DNA of 64,000 bases, from positions 96,001-160,000 of the IMG/VR virus record IMGVR_UViG_3300027833_000013; one strand, given 5' to 3'. The stretch is from a virus. The notes below the pieces were generated by a model. It did not search any database and was not told where the DNA came from. It saw only the letters and a list, made by a program, of their open reading frames with translations. Shown here one piece after another: positions 30,035 to 40,125 of this stretch; position 1 is the stretch's first letter, and each line of letters opens with the position of its first letter. Both the position numbers and the translations under genes were made by a program.

Positions 30035-30707
30035 CATTATTTTTATAAGCTATAATGAACCAGAAGCTGATGCTAACTGGGAACGTCTTACTGAAACATA
30101 CTTCTGGGCTAAACGTGTACACGGTGTAACTGGAATTCATCAAGCCCACATACAAGGTGCTAAACTAGCTAACACAGAAATGGTTTGGTTTGTTGATGCA
30201 GATGCAATAGTAATGGATGACTTTGACTTTAGTTACGAACCTGATAAAGATAACCTAGACACAGTGCATGTATGGCGTAGTCAAAACCCGGTTAACGGAT
30301 TAGTGTACGGCAACGGCGGAATAAAACTATTTCCTCGTCAGCTTACTATTGACATGGATTTGTCACAACCTGATATGACAACTAGTATAACGCACAAATT
30401 TAAAGTAATGCACGAAATTGCAAACATTACAGCATTTAATACCAACCCTTTCAGTACATGGCGTAGTGCATTTAGAGAATGTGCAAAATTAAGCAGTAAA
30501 GTAATTGATCGGCAAAAAAATGAAGAAACAGATAGTAGACTGGATACGTGGTGTACCGTTGGGCGTGAAAACTTATTTGGTGACTATGCTATTCGTGGTT
30601 CCATTGCTGGGCGTAAGTATGGCGCTACTCATCAAGGCGATACTGCCGCTTTAAGATTAGTAAACAATTATGATTGGCTAAAGGAGCAATTTGATGCAGA
30701 CGTTTGA
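30027..30707 (+). CDS. GT-A-like glycosyltransferase, paralog of 23137
   Basis: YDIIFISYNEP..RVHGVTGIHQAH..WFVDAD (DxD), YGNGGIK, WRSAFRE. Confidence 0.7.
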   Translation: MYDIIFISYNEPEADANWERLTETYFWAKRVHGVTGIHQAHIQGAKLANTEMVWFVDADAIVMDDFDFSYEPDKDNLDTVHVWRSQNPVNGLVYGNGGIKLFPRQLTIDMDLSQPDMTTSITHKFKVMHEIANITAFNTNPFSTWRSAFRECAKLSSKVIDRQKNEETDSRLDTWCTVGRENLFGDYAIRGSIAGRKYGATHQGDTAALRLVNNYDWLKEQFDADV

Positions 30708-31659
30708 ACTACTAGATAGATTTGAACTTCTGTATCCTACTAACAGTAAGTTAGCTGATTTGCGCCGGGCATATATTGACAAAGACCTAAGCAGTATTTT
30801 TAGATTACTAAATGCTGACGAAGAGTTGCGTAAAGCAATTATGGAAAAAAACTTACACAGTATTTTTAGAATTGTAGATACTTTTGATACTGAAGAACTT
30901 CGTAAAGCAGTGGTTGAAGATAATTTGCATAGTATTTTTAGATTAGTTGAAGATGAAGATTTACGCAAGTTAATTATGGAAGATAACACTTGGAAGTTGT
31001 GGCCGGTACTACACAACTATACTGACACACAATTTGTTGAAGCATTTAAAAACTTCTTTGTTAACGAAACAGAGATATGGGACGATTGTTTTAGTCGCGG
31101 TCAAATAGAAAGTAAACTATGGTTAATAAAAGAACTTAAAAAGTGCAATATAGATCTTGGTATAGTATTTCTATGTGGCGGCTGGTACGCTACATTAGCT
31201 ACTATGTTGTTTGAAAGTACAATTAACGTAGATAAGATACGTAGTTTTGATATTGATCCTAGTTGCCGAAGTATTGCTGAAACATTTAATAAACCGTGGG
31301 TTAAGGATAACTGGCAATTCAAATCATCTACAAAAGATATCATGGATATTAATTATGAGTTTGAAAGTTACGAAGTAATTAGAGCTGACGGAACAACGTG
31401 TCCTTTAGATGATACGCCAGACACAATTATCAATACAAGTTGTGAACATATTGAAAACTTTTCAAAATGGTATGATCTAATACCAGACGGTAAACTAGTT
31501 ATACTACAAAGCAATAACTTTTTTGAAGTAGAGGAACATGTTAATTGTGTTGGAAGTATAGAAGAGTTTGCGGTAAAGGCACCTATGGATAATATTTTAT
31601 ACAGCGGCGAATTAGAGTTGCCCAAATACAAAAGGTTTATGTTAATTGGATATAAGTGA
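30694..31659 (+). CDS. Class I SAM-dependent methyltransferase-like protein with N-terminal helical repeats
   Basis: Motif I-like FLCGGWYA, acidic SFDID, IINTSCEH; AAGGAG RBS at 30681-86. Confidence 0.65.
   Translation: MQTFELLDRFELLYPTNSKLADLRRAYIDKDLSSIFRLLNADEELRKAIMEKNLHSIFRIVDTFDTEELRKAVVEDNLHSIFRLVEDEDLRKLIMEDNTWKLWPVLHNYTDTQFVEAFKNFFVNETEIWDDCFSRGQIESKLWLIKELKKCNIDLGIVFLCGGWYATLATMLFESTINVDKIRSFDIDPSCRSIAETFNKPWVKDNWQFKSSTKDIMDINYEFESYEVIRADGTTCPLDDTPDTIINTSCEHIENFSKWYDLIPDGKLVILQSNNFFEVEEHVNCVGSIEEFAVKAPMDNILYSGELELPKYKRFMLIGYK
30760..30990 (+). repeat. Intragenic degenerate tandem repeat (~3 copies, 66-72 bp period)
   Basis: AGTATTTTTAGA recurs at 30793, 30859 and 30931, encoding (D/N)L(S/H)SIFR...(E/D)LRK units. 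Confidence 0.8.
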
Positions 31660-31882
31660 TCTTACACTCAGACAGCTTCAGACTGAAAGTGCTAGGGCAC
31701 TAAGTACTATGCAAGCCACTAATAACAATATACATCAATTTAATAAACAAGCACATCATAATAGTCAAAATTGGTATAGTGCTGTTATTAATTGGTACAT
31801 TGAACAGTACGGAGATTTGCCAAGTAAAGTCGGTCCTGGTAAAGACGTTAAACTAATGATGGAGGAACTTAATGATATTTGA
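31646..31882 (+). CDS. Hypothetical protein (78 aa)
   Basis: TTG start; fills the gap and overlaps both neighbours. Confidence 0.55.
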   Translation: MDISDLTLRQLQTESARALSTMQATNNNIHQFNKQAHHNSQNWYSAVINWYIEQYGDLPSKVGPGKDVKLMMEELNDI

Positions 31883-32522
31883 AAATTCACAAGATACTTG
31901 GTCTATAGATCTATGGCCTGACATTACTGACATAGGCCTAAAAATTTCAGGTGGTGCCGACAGTGCCATTGTAGCATACATGTTAGCATTATATGTCACA
32001 AAAGAACGCCCTGAAATTACCATACATCCTGTAACAATAATTGCTGACACTAAACCCTATCAATATATCTATGCATGTGCAGTATTACGTAAAATTGAAG
32101 AGCTAACAGGAATTGTATTTGCTAAACATCAATATACTACTACTGATGCTAAAAATAATTATGTTGGTGGACAAGAAGCATTTATGGATTCTTTATATAA
32201 ACGAGAATTATTCTCATTTCATTATGCAGGAATTACTGCTAATCCAAGTGAAGACGATGCTCCGCAGTTGTATACCGATGATACCGATCTGCCAACTGAT
32301 GACAGATCAAAACAACTTGTAAAAAAAGATAATTGGCAGTTACCTCTTGTTAATGTTGATAAGCGCGGAGTCGCAGAACATTACAATAGACTAGGTGTAA
32401 TGGAAGAATTATTTCCACTTACTCGTAGTTGCGAACAAAATGATGTATATACGTTTGAAAAACACTGTGAAGTATGTTGGTTTTGTAAAGAACGCTATTA
32501 TGGATTTAATAGATATGTATAA
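31872..32522 (+). CDS. QueC-like PP-loop ATP pyrophosphatase
   Basis: ISGGADS PP-loop; C-terminal TRSC...HCEVCWFCKER Zn site as in QueC; GGAGG RBS. Confidence 0.7.
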   Translation: MIFENSQDTWSIDLWPDITDIGLKISGGADSAIVAYMLALYVTKERPEITIHPVTIIADTKPYQYIYACAVLRKIEELTGIVFAKHQYTTTDAKNNYVGGQEAFMDSLYKRELFSFHYAGITANPSEDDAPQLYTDDTDLPTDDRSKQLVKKDNWQLPLVNVDKRGVAEHYNRLGVMEELFPLTRSCEQNDVYTFEKHCEVCWFCKERYYGFNRYV

Positions 32523-33579
32523 CTATGCTGATATAAAAAGCATACACCTTGAAGTAACACAAAACTGTCAAGCCAACTGTCCTATGTGTGATCGCAATAT
32601 GAACGGCAAAGGCATTAATCCACACATTAATTTAGATGAACTTAGTTTAGAAGATTGTTACAAGATATTTAAACCAGAGTTTGTAGCACAGTTAGACACA
32701 ATGTACATGTGCGGCAACTTAGGCGATCCAGTAGTTGCTCGTGATACTTTGGAAATATTCAGTTATTTTAGAGAGCATAATCCTACAATGTGGCTTAGTA
32801 TGAATACTAATGGAGGAGCAAGAGAACCTCAATGGTGGCATGCACTTGCATTGATATTTGGCAAACATGGCTCTATTATTTTTAGTGTTGACGGTCTTAG
32901 TGATACTAATCATTTGTATAGGCAAGGTGTAGTATGGCGCAATGTAGAACGTAGTATGAAAGCGTTTATTAATGGCGGAGGCAGAGCCCGTTGGGACTTC
33001 TTAATATTTGAACACAATCAACATCAAGTAGAAGAAGCAGAAGCACTTGCAATGTCCTGGGGTTGCGAAAAGTTTATGAAAAAGAAAACAGGACGCTTTA
33101 TTACACAAGATTCAAAGAAGAAAGAATCTCATCAGGCGCTTGACAAAAAAGGCAACACTACAACGGAAATTAAGAAACCAGATGCAAAGTATGTTAACAA
33201 AGCACTTAGTAAGCAAGAAGTAATTATCAACAAGTACGGCTCTATGGATGCATACTATGATGCGGCACCTATCATTTGTAAAGTAAAGAAAGATAATAGC
33301 TTATTCATAACAGCAGAGGGCCTAGCGATGCCATGTTGTTGGACTGCTGGACGTATGTATAAATGGTGGCACAAGGATCCTAAAGTAGAACAGATATGGG
33401 ACTTTATTGATAAAGATGCACTAGATGCACGTAATGGTTTAGAGCAAGTATTTGCTACAGGTGCATTTGATAGAATACAAGACAGTTGGAATAAACAAAG
33501 TATAGCAGACGGTAAACTTAAAGTATGTTCTATGAAGTGCGGTGCTGAGTTTGATCCATTTGCGGAGCAGTTTAAATGA
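32515..33579 (+). CDS. Radical SAM enzyme with C-terminal twitch/SPASM-like domain
   Basis: CQANCPMC; CGNLGDP in place of GGEP; C-terminal C..PCCW..CSMKC. Likely start MYNYAD at 32515. Confidence 0.9.
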   Translation: MYNYADIKSIHLEVTQNCQANCPMCDRNMNGKGINPHINLDELSLEDCYKIFKPEFVAQLDTMYMCGNLGDPVVARDTLEIFSYFREHNPTMWLSMNTNGGAREPQWWHALALIFGKHGSIIFSVDGLSDTNHLYRQGVVWRNVERSMKAFINGGGRARWDFLIFEHNQHQVEEAEALAMSWGCEKFMKKKTGRFITQDSKKKESHQALDKKGNTTTEIKKPDAKYVNKALSKQEVIINKYGSMDAYYDAAPIICKVKKDNSLFITAEGLAMPCCWTAGRMYKWWHKDPKVEQIWDFIDKDALDARNGLEQVFATGAFDRIQDSWNKQSIADGKLKVCSMKCGAEFDPFAEQFK

Positions 33580-34316
33580 AGAAATTATTTATAGTAGGAT
33601 GCAGTTATACTCATTGGTCTGACGGCGATTGTTTTGGCGAAAGCTATCCTGCACTTATTGCAAAGGAATATCCTAACTGGCACGTTTATGATGCCGGCGA
33701 GCCGGGTGGTGCAAACGATAGTGTGTATTTAAGGCTACAATATTTAACAGAACAATACGGAACTCCTGACAAAGTTATTGTACAATGGACCCATCTAGGC
33801 AGAACAAATGTGTTTTTGCAAGAATTGACGCACATGCCTAGAGTAACAGAGTACATAACAGAAGGAAACTATACTTTCCACACTGAACAAGAACATCCAT
33901 CGAGCAGTTTTGCAATAACTCCCTCAACAGTTGATCCTGTAAACCGCAGTGGGTTTCATAAACTACAACTACAAAAATTATCTAGATCTTCCAAGTTAAG
34001 AATGCAAACGTTAGAACAATTTTATGCCTGGTTTTTAAACAGTCAAACACTTTATTGGCATACACAAAAAGAAATAGATTTAGTTAATGCAGTGTATGGA
34101 AAAGACAACGTTCTAATGTACGACTGGCAGAATCGATATTCTCCAGGAACTCTTTTAACGATGCCTAATAACTGGATTGGTAGCCTTGCTTATGCATTTA
34201 GAAAGAAAAATAAGTTTATGAGTTTAGGAATAGATGATGCCCCTCATTATGCCGCCGAAGGACATTTAGAAGTATACAAATGGCTTGAGCCACACCTGAA
34301 TAAACTGCTAACTTAA
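33576..34316 (+). CDS. SGNH/GDSL-like hydrolase or acyltransferase
   Basis: FIVGCSYT, GEPGGAN, VIVQWT, C-terminal DAPH...GH. Confidence 0.55.
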   Translation: MKKLFIVGCSYTHWSDGDCFGESYPALIAKEYPNWHVYDAGEPGGANDSVYLRLQYLTEQYGTPDKVIVQWTHLGRTNVFLQELTHMPRVTEYITEGNYTFHTEQEHPSSSFAITPSTVDPVNRSGFHKLQLQKLSRSSKLRMQTLEQFYAWFLNSQTLYWHTQKEIDLVNAVYGKDNVLMYDWQNRYSPGTLLTMPNNWIGSLAYAFRKKNKFMSLGIDDAPHYAAEGHLEVYKWLEPHLNKLLT

Positions 34317-34320
34317 TTAG

Positions 34321-34328
34321 GATAAGTA
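34321..34328 (+). promoter_or_regulatory. Late-like promoter variant GATAAGTA followed by N5-ATG (leaderless)
   Basis: In a short intergenic gap; ATG at 34334 with no clear SD. Confidence 0.45.
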
Positions 34329-34333
34329 TTAAT

Positions 34334-35749
34334 ATGACAAATAACACTAAGTTACCATCAGAAACATTTTGCTTATTACCATGGGTACACCTTAGTACAA
34401 GGCCCGACGGCAGTATGCGAGTATGCTGTACTGCAAATGCTAGTAGTGTTGGAGCTACTAATGACAAAGAACACGGCGGACAAGTGGGCATCCTTAAAAC
34501 AGATGATGGCAAGCCTAATAACTTAAATGTTAGTGATTTTGAAACCGCATGGAATAGTAAGTACATGAAAAATGTGCGTAAGCAAATGCTTGCAGGCGAA
34601 AAGCCGCCTAGCTGTTTAAAATGTTACAAAGAAGAAGCCGCTGGGCATCGTAGTAAGCGACAATGGGAAACACACTATTGGAGCCAACGAGTTGATTTAG
34701 ATAAAATCCTTGCTGACACACAACCAGATGGAGAAGTTCCTCCTAACTTAGCATACATTGATTTACGTTTTGGTACTAAGTGTCAGCTTGCTTGTGTTAT
34801 GTGTAGTCCGCACGATAGCAGTGGTTGGATTAAAGATTATAAAAAGATCTTTCCTGAAGTAAAAAATGAATCACTTAAAGAGATCATGCAATGGCAAGAT
34901 AAAGGTAGTACTAACGGCAGTAGCTACAACTGGCACAAACAAAACCCTACGTTTTGGAAACAGTTTTATGAGCAAATGCCAAGTATGCAACAGATTTATT
35001 TTGCAGGCGGCGAAAGTCTTATCATTGAAGAACACTATGAAATACTTGAACATGCTATTAAGATGGGATATGCAAAAGACTTAGAACTACGTTATAACTC
35101 AAACGGAGTTGAATGGCGTGATGATTTGTTTGACCTATGGAAAGAATTTAAACTAGTACGTTTCCACTATAGTATTGACAGTATAAAAGAGATGAACGAT
35201 TACATTCGTTATCCTAGTACTTGGACACGCCAAGAAGAAGTATTCCATTTGTTAGATACACAAACTAGTAACAATGTTGAAATTACTATTGCGTGTGCAG
35301 TGCAAGCCCTTAACGTATATTACTTACCAGACTTTATTCAATGGAAGCTAGAACAAAAGTTTAAGAAAGTTAACATGTGGCCATTCGGCGCTGGCGGTAT
35401 TAGTCAGCACTTTGTATATTGGCCAGCTCACCTAAATGTTAAGAGTTTGCCTGCAGACTTTAAAGCTAAATGTAGAGCAAAGTACGAAGCATGGTACCCT
35501 TGGTGGGAAGCAAACTGGGAGTTAGGCATTCCGGAATGGCACAAGGGTAAAGTAGATTATGAGCAATGGCGTACTGCTGAGTATGGCATTAAACGACTTA
35601 ACGGTATTCTTAGCTTCATGGAAAGCGAAGACTGGAGCCAACGCTTACCTGAGATGAAAGAGTTTTTAGGATTATGTGACAAGCAACGTGGAAACACTTT
35701 TGAAGAAACGTTTCCAGAAATGATTGAAATCTTTAAGGATATATTATGA
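34334..35749 (+). CDS. Radical SAM enzyme with N-terminal twitch/SPASM-like domain
   Basis: CQLACVMC and AGGES; N-terminal FCLLPW..VCCT..SCLKC. Confidence 0.92.
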   Translation: MTNNTKLPSETFCLLPWVHLSTRPDGSMRVCCTANASSVGATNDKEHGGQVGILKTDDGKPNNLNVSDFETAWNSKYMKNVRKQMLAGEKPPSCLKCYKEEAAGHRSKRQWETHYWSQRVDLDKILADTQPDGEVPPNLAYIDLRFGTKCQLACVMCSPHDSSGWIKDYKKIFPEVKNESLKEIMQWQDKGSTNGSSYNWHKQNPTFWKQFYEQMPSMQQIYFAGGESLIIEEHYEILEHAIKMGYAKDLELRYNSNGVEWRDDLFDLWKEFKLVRFHYSIDSIKEMNDYIRYPSTWTRQEEVFHLLDTQTSNNVEITIACAVQALNVYYLPDFIQWKLEQKFKKVNMWPFGAGGISQHFVYWPAHLNVKSLPADFKAKCRAKYEAWYPWWEANWELGIPEWHKGKVDYEQWRTAEYGIKRLNGILSFMESEDWSQRLPEMKEFLGLCDKQRGNTFEETFPEMIEIFKDIL

Positions 35750-37107
35750 GTTGTACATTTTGTCCATTACCGTGGAATAGTATTAACCTACGTAATAATG
35801 GCGACTTACGTATATGTTGTAATACCAACAGCTATACTAAAAATAGAGGAATTCTGCGTAAAGAAGACGGCACTACTCCTTATAATGCTGGCAAAGATGA
35901 TTGGCAAGAAGCCCGTAATGCTGAACTACTAAAAGAAGTGCGTGTTAGTATGATGAAGGGTGAATGGCATCCCGAGTGCGAACGTTGCCGGCAGGAAGAA
36001 GTAAATGGCATGCGTAGTCGACGTGAATACGAAAATGAAGATTGGGGCAAATGGTTTGGTGATATGAGTCTTGAAAAAGTCTTGCCTATTACTGAAGAAG
36101 ATGGCACACTTGATACAAGTAAGCAAGACATTGAGTTTATGGACATACGTTATGGTAACTTCTGTAATTTAAAATGTCGCATGTGTGGTCCTACTGACAG
36201 TCATATGTGGTATGCAGATCATGTTAAATTAAATGATGGAAAAACAGGCTTCAAAGATAGTGGCGGCAGAGTAGTATTAGAAAAAAATAAAAAAGGTAAA
36301 TGGGATACCGACCATTTTAACTGGTTTCAAAATAATGATCTTTACTGGGACAACTTTGAAAAGTATGGCCCTGACGCAAAAAAACTTTATATTGTAGGTG
36401 GTGAACCTTTAATTATTCCTGAACATCAGGAAAGTCTTGAACGATTAGTTGCTAGTGGAAAATCTAAAAAAATACAATTAGAATATAACTCAAACTTAAC
36501 TATGGTGCCGGATAGACTAGTATATCTTTGGGAACAGTTTAAACAAATACGTATTGGAGTTAGTATAGATGGTATAGACGATGTATTTAACTACCAACGT
36601 ACTCCTGCAAAATTTGATGCAGTATATAAGAATATGATGACGTTGCAAAATAACGAACGTATTAATCTTAAAGCATGGTTTGCTTATACTGTTACACCTA
36701 TGAATGTATTTCATACAGCAGACTTTATGAAATGGAAATTAACTGAAAGTGGATTAGATAAGTTTAATCCAGTTGATGGCGCTAAACCTGTAATTACACA
36801 TCATATGTGTCACAGTCCAAAGCATTATAATATTAAAGTTCTACCGCAATACCTAAAAGATCAAGTAGCACAGCATTACCAAGAACATAAAGACTGGGTT
36901 ATGACTACAGACTTTAGTGATAAAGTTAAAAATAATTTTGTTAAAGTATTAACAGGTATTGAAAAGTTTATGATGAGTGAAGATTATTCAAAAGAGCATT
37001 TAGAGCCTTTTATATACACTACAAAAAAACTAGACGAATTAAGGAAACAAAATATATTAGATATTGTCCCGCAATACAAGGAATTGTTTAATGCACATAA
37101 CAAGTGA
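35746..37107 (+). CDS. Radical SAM enzyme with N-terminal twitch/SPASM-like domain
   Basis: CNLKCRMC and VGGEP; N-terminal FCPLPW..ICCN..ECERC. Confidence 0.92.
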   Translation: MSCTFCPLPWNSINLRNNGDLRICCNTNSYTKNRGILRKEDGTTPYNAGKDDWQEARNAELLKEVRVSMMKGEWHPECERCRQEEVNGMRSRREYENEDWGKWFGDMSLEKVLPITEEDGTLDTSKQDIEFMDIRYGNFCNLKCRMCGPTDSHMWYADHVKLNDGKTGFKDSGGRVVLEKNKKGKWDTDHFNWFQNNDLYWDNFEKYGPDAKKLYIVGGEPLIIPEHQESLERLVASGKSKKIQLEYNSNLTMVPDRLVYLWEQFKQIRIGVSIDGIDDVFNYQRTPAKFDAVYKNMMTLQNNERINLKAWFAYTVTPMNVFHTADFMKWKLTESGLDKFNPVDGAKPVITHHMCHSPKHYNIKVLPQYLKDQVAQHYQEHKDWVMTTDFSDKVKNNFVKVLTGIEKFMMSEDYSKEHLEPFIYTTKKLDELRKQNILDIVPQYKELFNAHNK

Positions 37108-37984
37108 AAATTTAGATTGTTGCATTGTAACACTGTTTATTCATAATGTGTGTAATTTTAACTGTAGCTATTGTAGTGACTTTCATAGAGACGGATCGCA
37201 TCGTTGGCCGGATGATTGGACAAAATATTTAGAGTTTATAAACGAATTAAAGAAAAGAAACAAATACTTGTATGTAGAAGTATTAGGAGGCGAGCCTACT
37301 GTATGGCCTAAGTTTCAAGAGTTTGTTGATGCAATTAGTGACGAAAATGTATTTGTAGAATATGCTACTAATGCTAGTCGAACACTTCGATATTGGGAAA
37401 AGTTTAGAGAACAAAATACATTTGTATTTTTAAGCTGGCATAATGAAGAAGCAGATGATGATCATTTTGTTAAAGTAGCTGAAATAATGCAACACAAAGC
37501 AAGTGTTAGTGTTCCTTTGATGATAGTACCTGACACATTTGAACGTGCTAAGGTGTTGTACAACCGCCTAACAAAACTTAATGTAGAAATTACACCTAAG
37601 TTTGTGCGTACGAGTATTCACGGACATAGTTACTTTGAATATACAGATGAACAAAGAGAATGGATTCAAAATACTAGTCATAATAAAATGAAACCGTTTG
37701 GCATTAAATGGAAGTTCCCGCAGACGTTACGATTTGATGGTAAAGAAATGAAATTTATGAAAGTGCTAGATCAGGGCTTGCATAAGTTTGAAGGGTATAC
37801 TTGTACAGCTGGATTAAAAAGATTAATGGTTGAGCCTGACGGCAATATACTACGTTGTACAAAACGAGTAGGCGGTAGTATTGGTAACATAAACACAGGA
37901 TACACGTTACCTGATGATCCTATTGTATGTAACTACAAAGCATGTCCTTGTAAATTAGATGCAGTGGTAGAAAAATGGATATAG
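37091..37984 (+). CDS. Radical SAM enzyme with C-terminal Cys cluster
   Basis: CNFNCSYC, LGGEPT, FEGYTC..RC..CNYKACPC. Likely start MHITS at 37091. Confidence 0.9.
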   Translation: MHITSENLDCCIVTLFIHNVCNFNCSYCSDFHRDGSHRWPDDWTKYLEFINELKKRNKYLYVEVLGGEPTVWPKFQEFVDAISDENVFVEYATNASRTLRYWEKFREQNTFVFLSWHNEEADDDHFVKVAEIMQHKASVSVPLMIVPDTFERAKVLYNRLTKLNVEITPKFVRTSIHGHSYFEYTDEQREWIQNTSHNKMKPFGIKWKFPQTLRFDGKEMKFMKVLDQGLHKFEGYTCTAGLKRLMVEPDGNILRCTKRVGGSIGNINTGYTLPDDPIVCNYKACPCKLDAVVEKWI

Positions 37985-38673
37985 ATCCTTTTCTTACAGT
38001 GGCTACAAAAGAGTTTTGTAATAACACCTTTCCGTTTCAAGATGCTAGAGAAGAAGAACTCTTTCACAAAAATCGAAAGCGTTTAAAGAAATATAAAGAA
38101 GGATTTTATTTTAAAAATCCTATAGAGTACAACATTAATAAATTTGGCTATAGATGCGATCATATTATTCCGCCTGCTACTGATTATATGTTAGTAATGG
38201 GGGGTAGTCATACTTATGGACATTCGTTACATAAAGAAAATAGATATAGTGATCTATTAGAAGAACACTATAATATACCAGTACTTAATATTGGTGTTTC
38301 AGGTGGATCTCCTAATCTTATCAAAGATAATATACTTCAATTATTAACTAGCGGACATCAATTACCGAAACTTATATCAATTCAGTGGCCACCAAGTGCC
38401 CGAATTTGTTTTGGGCATTCCTTAATAAATTATAATTCAAGTATTTTTCAAAAAATAATTGACCTAGATAGTTTAGAAATATATAGTAACACCGCACAAC
38501 AACAAACATATTGGCTACTTTCAAATTTTAATATACCATTTGTTGAATTTCAAGTATTTGGCAGTACGACAACCTTTGTTACTGATTACGCTAGAGACTT
38601 AGAACATCCAGGAACAGAGTCAAACAAAAAAATATTTGAATATCATAGAGAAGAAATAGACAAATGGATTTAA
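37975..38673 (+). CDS. SGNH/GDSL-like hydrolase or acyltransferase
   Basis: MGGSHTYG, NIGVSGGS, RDLEHPG; shares the N.YG(F/Y)R-like element with 28105. Confidence 0.6.
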   Translation: MDIDPFLTVATKEFCNNTFPFQDAREEELFHKNRKRLKKYKEGFYFKNPIEYNINKFGYRCDHIIPPATDYMLVMGGSHTYGHSLHKENRYSDLLEEHYNIPVLNIGVSGGSPNLIKDNILQLLTSGHQLPKLISIQWPPSARICFGHSLINYNSSIFQKIIDLDSLEIYSNTAQQQTYWLLSNFNIPFVEFQVFGSTTTFVTDYARDLEHPGTESNKKIFEYHREEIDKWI

Positions 38674-39197
38674 ATATCAGCGAAGGTTGGATAAGTCTTC
38701 AAGAAATGGAATTTGTTAAAAATCAAATAACAGCAACAACTGGTAATATTTTAGAAGTTGGCGCGGCAAATGGAAGATTGTTTACTTATTTACATAGCTC
38801 TTGCCCAGACTGGAAATACATAGCAGTAGATCCGTGGGAGCAAGAAGATGTAAGACTACAAGTTGATTGGGATAAAGGATATTTTGACCCTAACAACTTA
38901 AAAGAAGTTATTACTATAGATATGTTTAAATCAAATTGTCCGTATGCAGAAACGCATGAAATGTATTTTGACAAGTTTGAATCTATGCACAAATATGACA
39001 TAATAAGTATGGGATTAGTAAGTAAAAGCATAGACTGGAACAGTGTTTATAAAAAAGCATTTTTAATGTTAAAACCTAACGGAGTTATCATTGGAAGAAA
39101 TTTAACGCATAAAAGATATGGCCCTATGATTAAAGAAGCAATACAAGGATACAAAATTCTTGATACCTGCAAGGGCTCGTTTGTAATAGGAAAATAG
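38664..39197 (+). CDS. Class I SAM-dependent methyltransferase
   Basis: ILEVGAANG, AVDPW, YDII, LKPNGVII. Confidence 0.8.
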   Translation: MDLNISEGWISLQEMEFVKNQITATTGNILEVGAANGRLFTYLHSSCPDWKYIAVDPWEQEDVRLQVDWDKGYFDPNNLKEVITIDMFKSNCPYAETHEMYFDKFESMHKYDIISMGLVSKSIDWNSVYKKAFLMLKPNGVIIGRNLTHKRYGPMIKEAIQGYKILDTCKGSFVIGK

Positions 39198-39198
39198 T

Positions 39199-40125
39199 AT
39201 GGAATACACTGATATAACATTTGAAATGTTAGGCACACGTAGACAGCGTCCTATGTATCTTAGTAAGTTTACTAAGTTTAGACAAGAACTGTCTATGAAA
39301 GATTATCCTAAGGATCCGCATGCATATACAACATACTTCTTAGAAGAGATAGACAAATGGATTAATGCACATAAACGTGTAAAATATACAGGCTTAGAGA
39401 CCTTTACACGCAGAGATGCTATACTTGGCACTACACATCAATTAGATGAATTACACCAGCTGTACGGTGCTAACATAGCTACATACAAAGGCGAATACAA
39501 GTATCATCGAAGACTAACAGACTTTACTGTTAAACAGATTACACATTATAAAGACCTAAAACCAGGCGATGTATTTATTGTAAGCTATCCAAGTTGCATT
39601 ACTACAGGTTACCATGAGAACTTTGATTTGCTACTAGACTATTGTGACGAGCATAGTATACCAGTGCATATAGATGGTGCTTGGTTTGGACAATGCAGAA
39701 ACTTTGATTTTGATGTTACACACCCGGCTGTAAAAAGTGTTAGTGTAAGTTTATCAAAAGCACTAGGCATGGGCAGTCAGCGTATAGGTATCAGATATAC
39801 TAAAGAGAAAACCGTTGGCCCGATAAGTATTATGAATGACTTTGCATATGCAAATGTTAGTGATATGTGGGTAGGTGTAGAAGCAATGAAACATTTTGGT
39901 ACAGACTACTGGTGGAGTAACTATAGTGACCTATATAGTAAAGTTTGTAAAGACTTTAACCTGGGTGAAACAAATAGTATTCATGTAGGCTGGTTAGACG
40001 AAGGAGAACACGGAATTAATCAATTTGGTGTACGCACACCGTTGCGTTTTTTAATTGAAGGCAAGTTTGACGAGCGCGGCACTGATAAAGGTCTAAACAA
40101 GATTGAAAGAGAAGAGAGGGTATGA
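39199..40125 (+). CDS. PLP-dependent enzyme, fold type I (aminotransferase-like)
   Basis: VHIDGAW (PLP Asp) and SLSKALG..QRIG (Schiff-base Lys motif). Confidence 0.75.
   Translation: MEYTDITFEMLGTRRQRPMYLSKFTKFRQELSMKDYPKDPHAYTTYFLEEIDKWINAHKRVKYTGLETFTRRDAILGTTHQLDELHQLYGANIATYKGEYKYHRRLTDFTVKQITHYKDLKPGDVFIVSYPSCITTGYHENFDLLLDYCDEHSIPVHIDGAWFGQCRNFDFDVTHPAVKSVSVSLSKALGMGSQRIGIRYTKEKTVGPISIMNDFAYANVSDMWVGVEAMKHFGTDYWWSNYSDLYSKVCKDFNLGETNSIHVGWLDEGEHGINQFGVRTPLRFLIEGKFDERGTDKGLNKIEREERV

Noticed and set aside
30760-30990. Possible CRISPR array (short repeats spaced 66-72 bp apart)
   Set aside because: The repeats are in frame inside a protein, the spacers are similar to each other, and no cas genes are present
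31646-31882. 78-aa ORF as RiPP precursor or acyl carrier protein
   Set aside because: No leader/core pattern, no Cys-rich core and no DSL phosphopantetheine motif; no RRE domain, peptidase or exporter is evident in the island
33140-33170. TTGACA hexamer inside the 32515 gene (another at ~53608)
   Set aside because: No acceptable -10 element at 16-18 bp spacing
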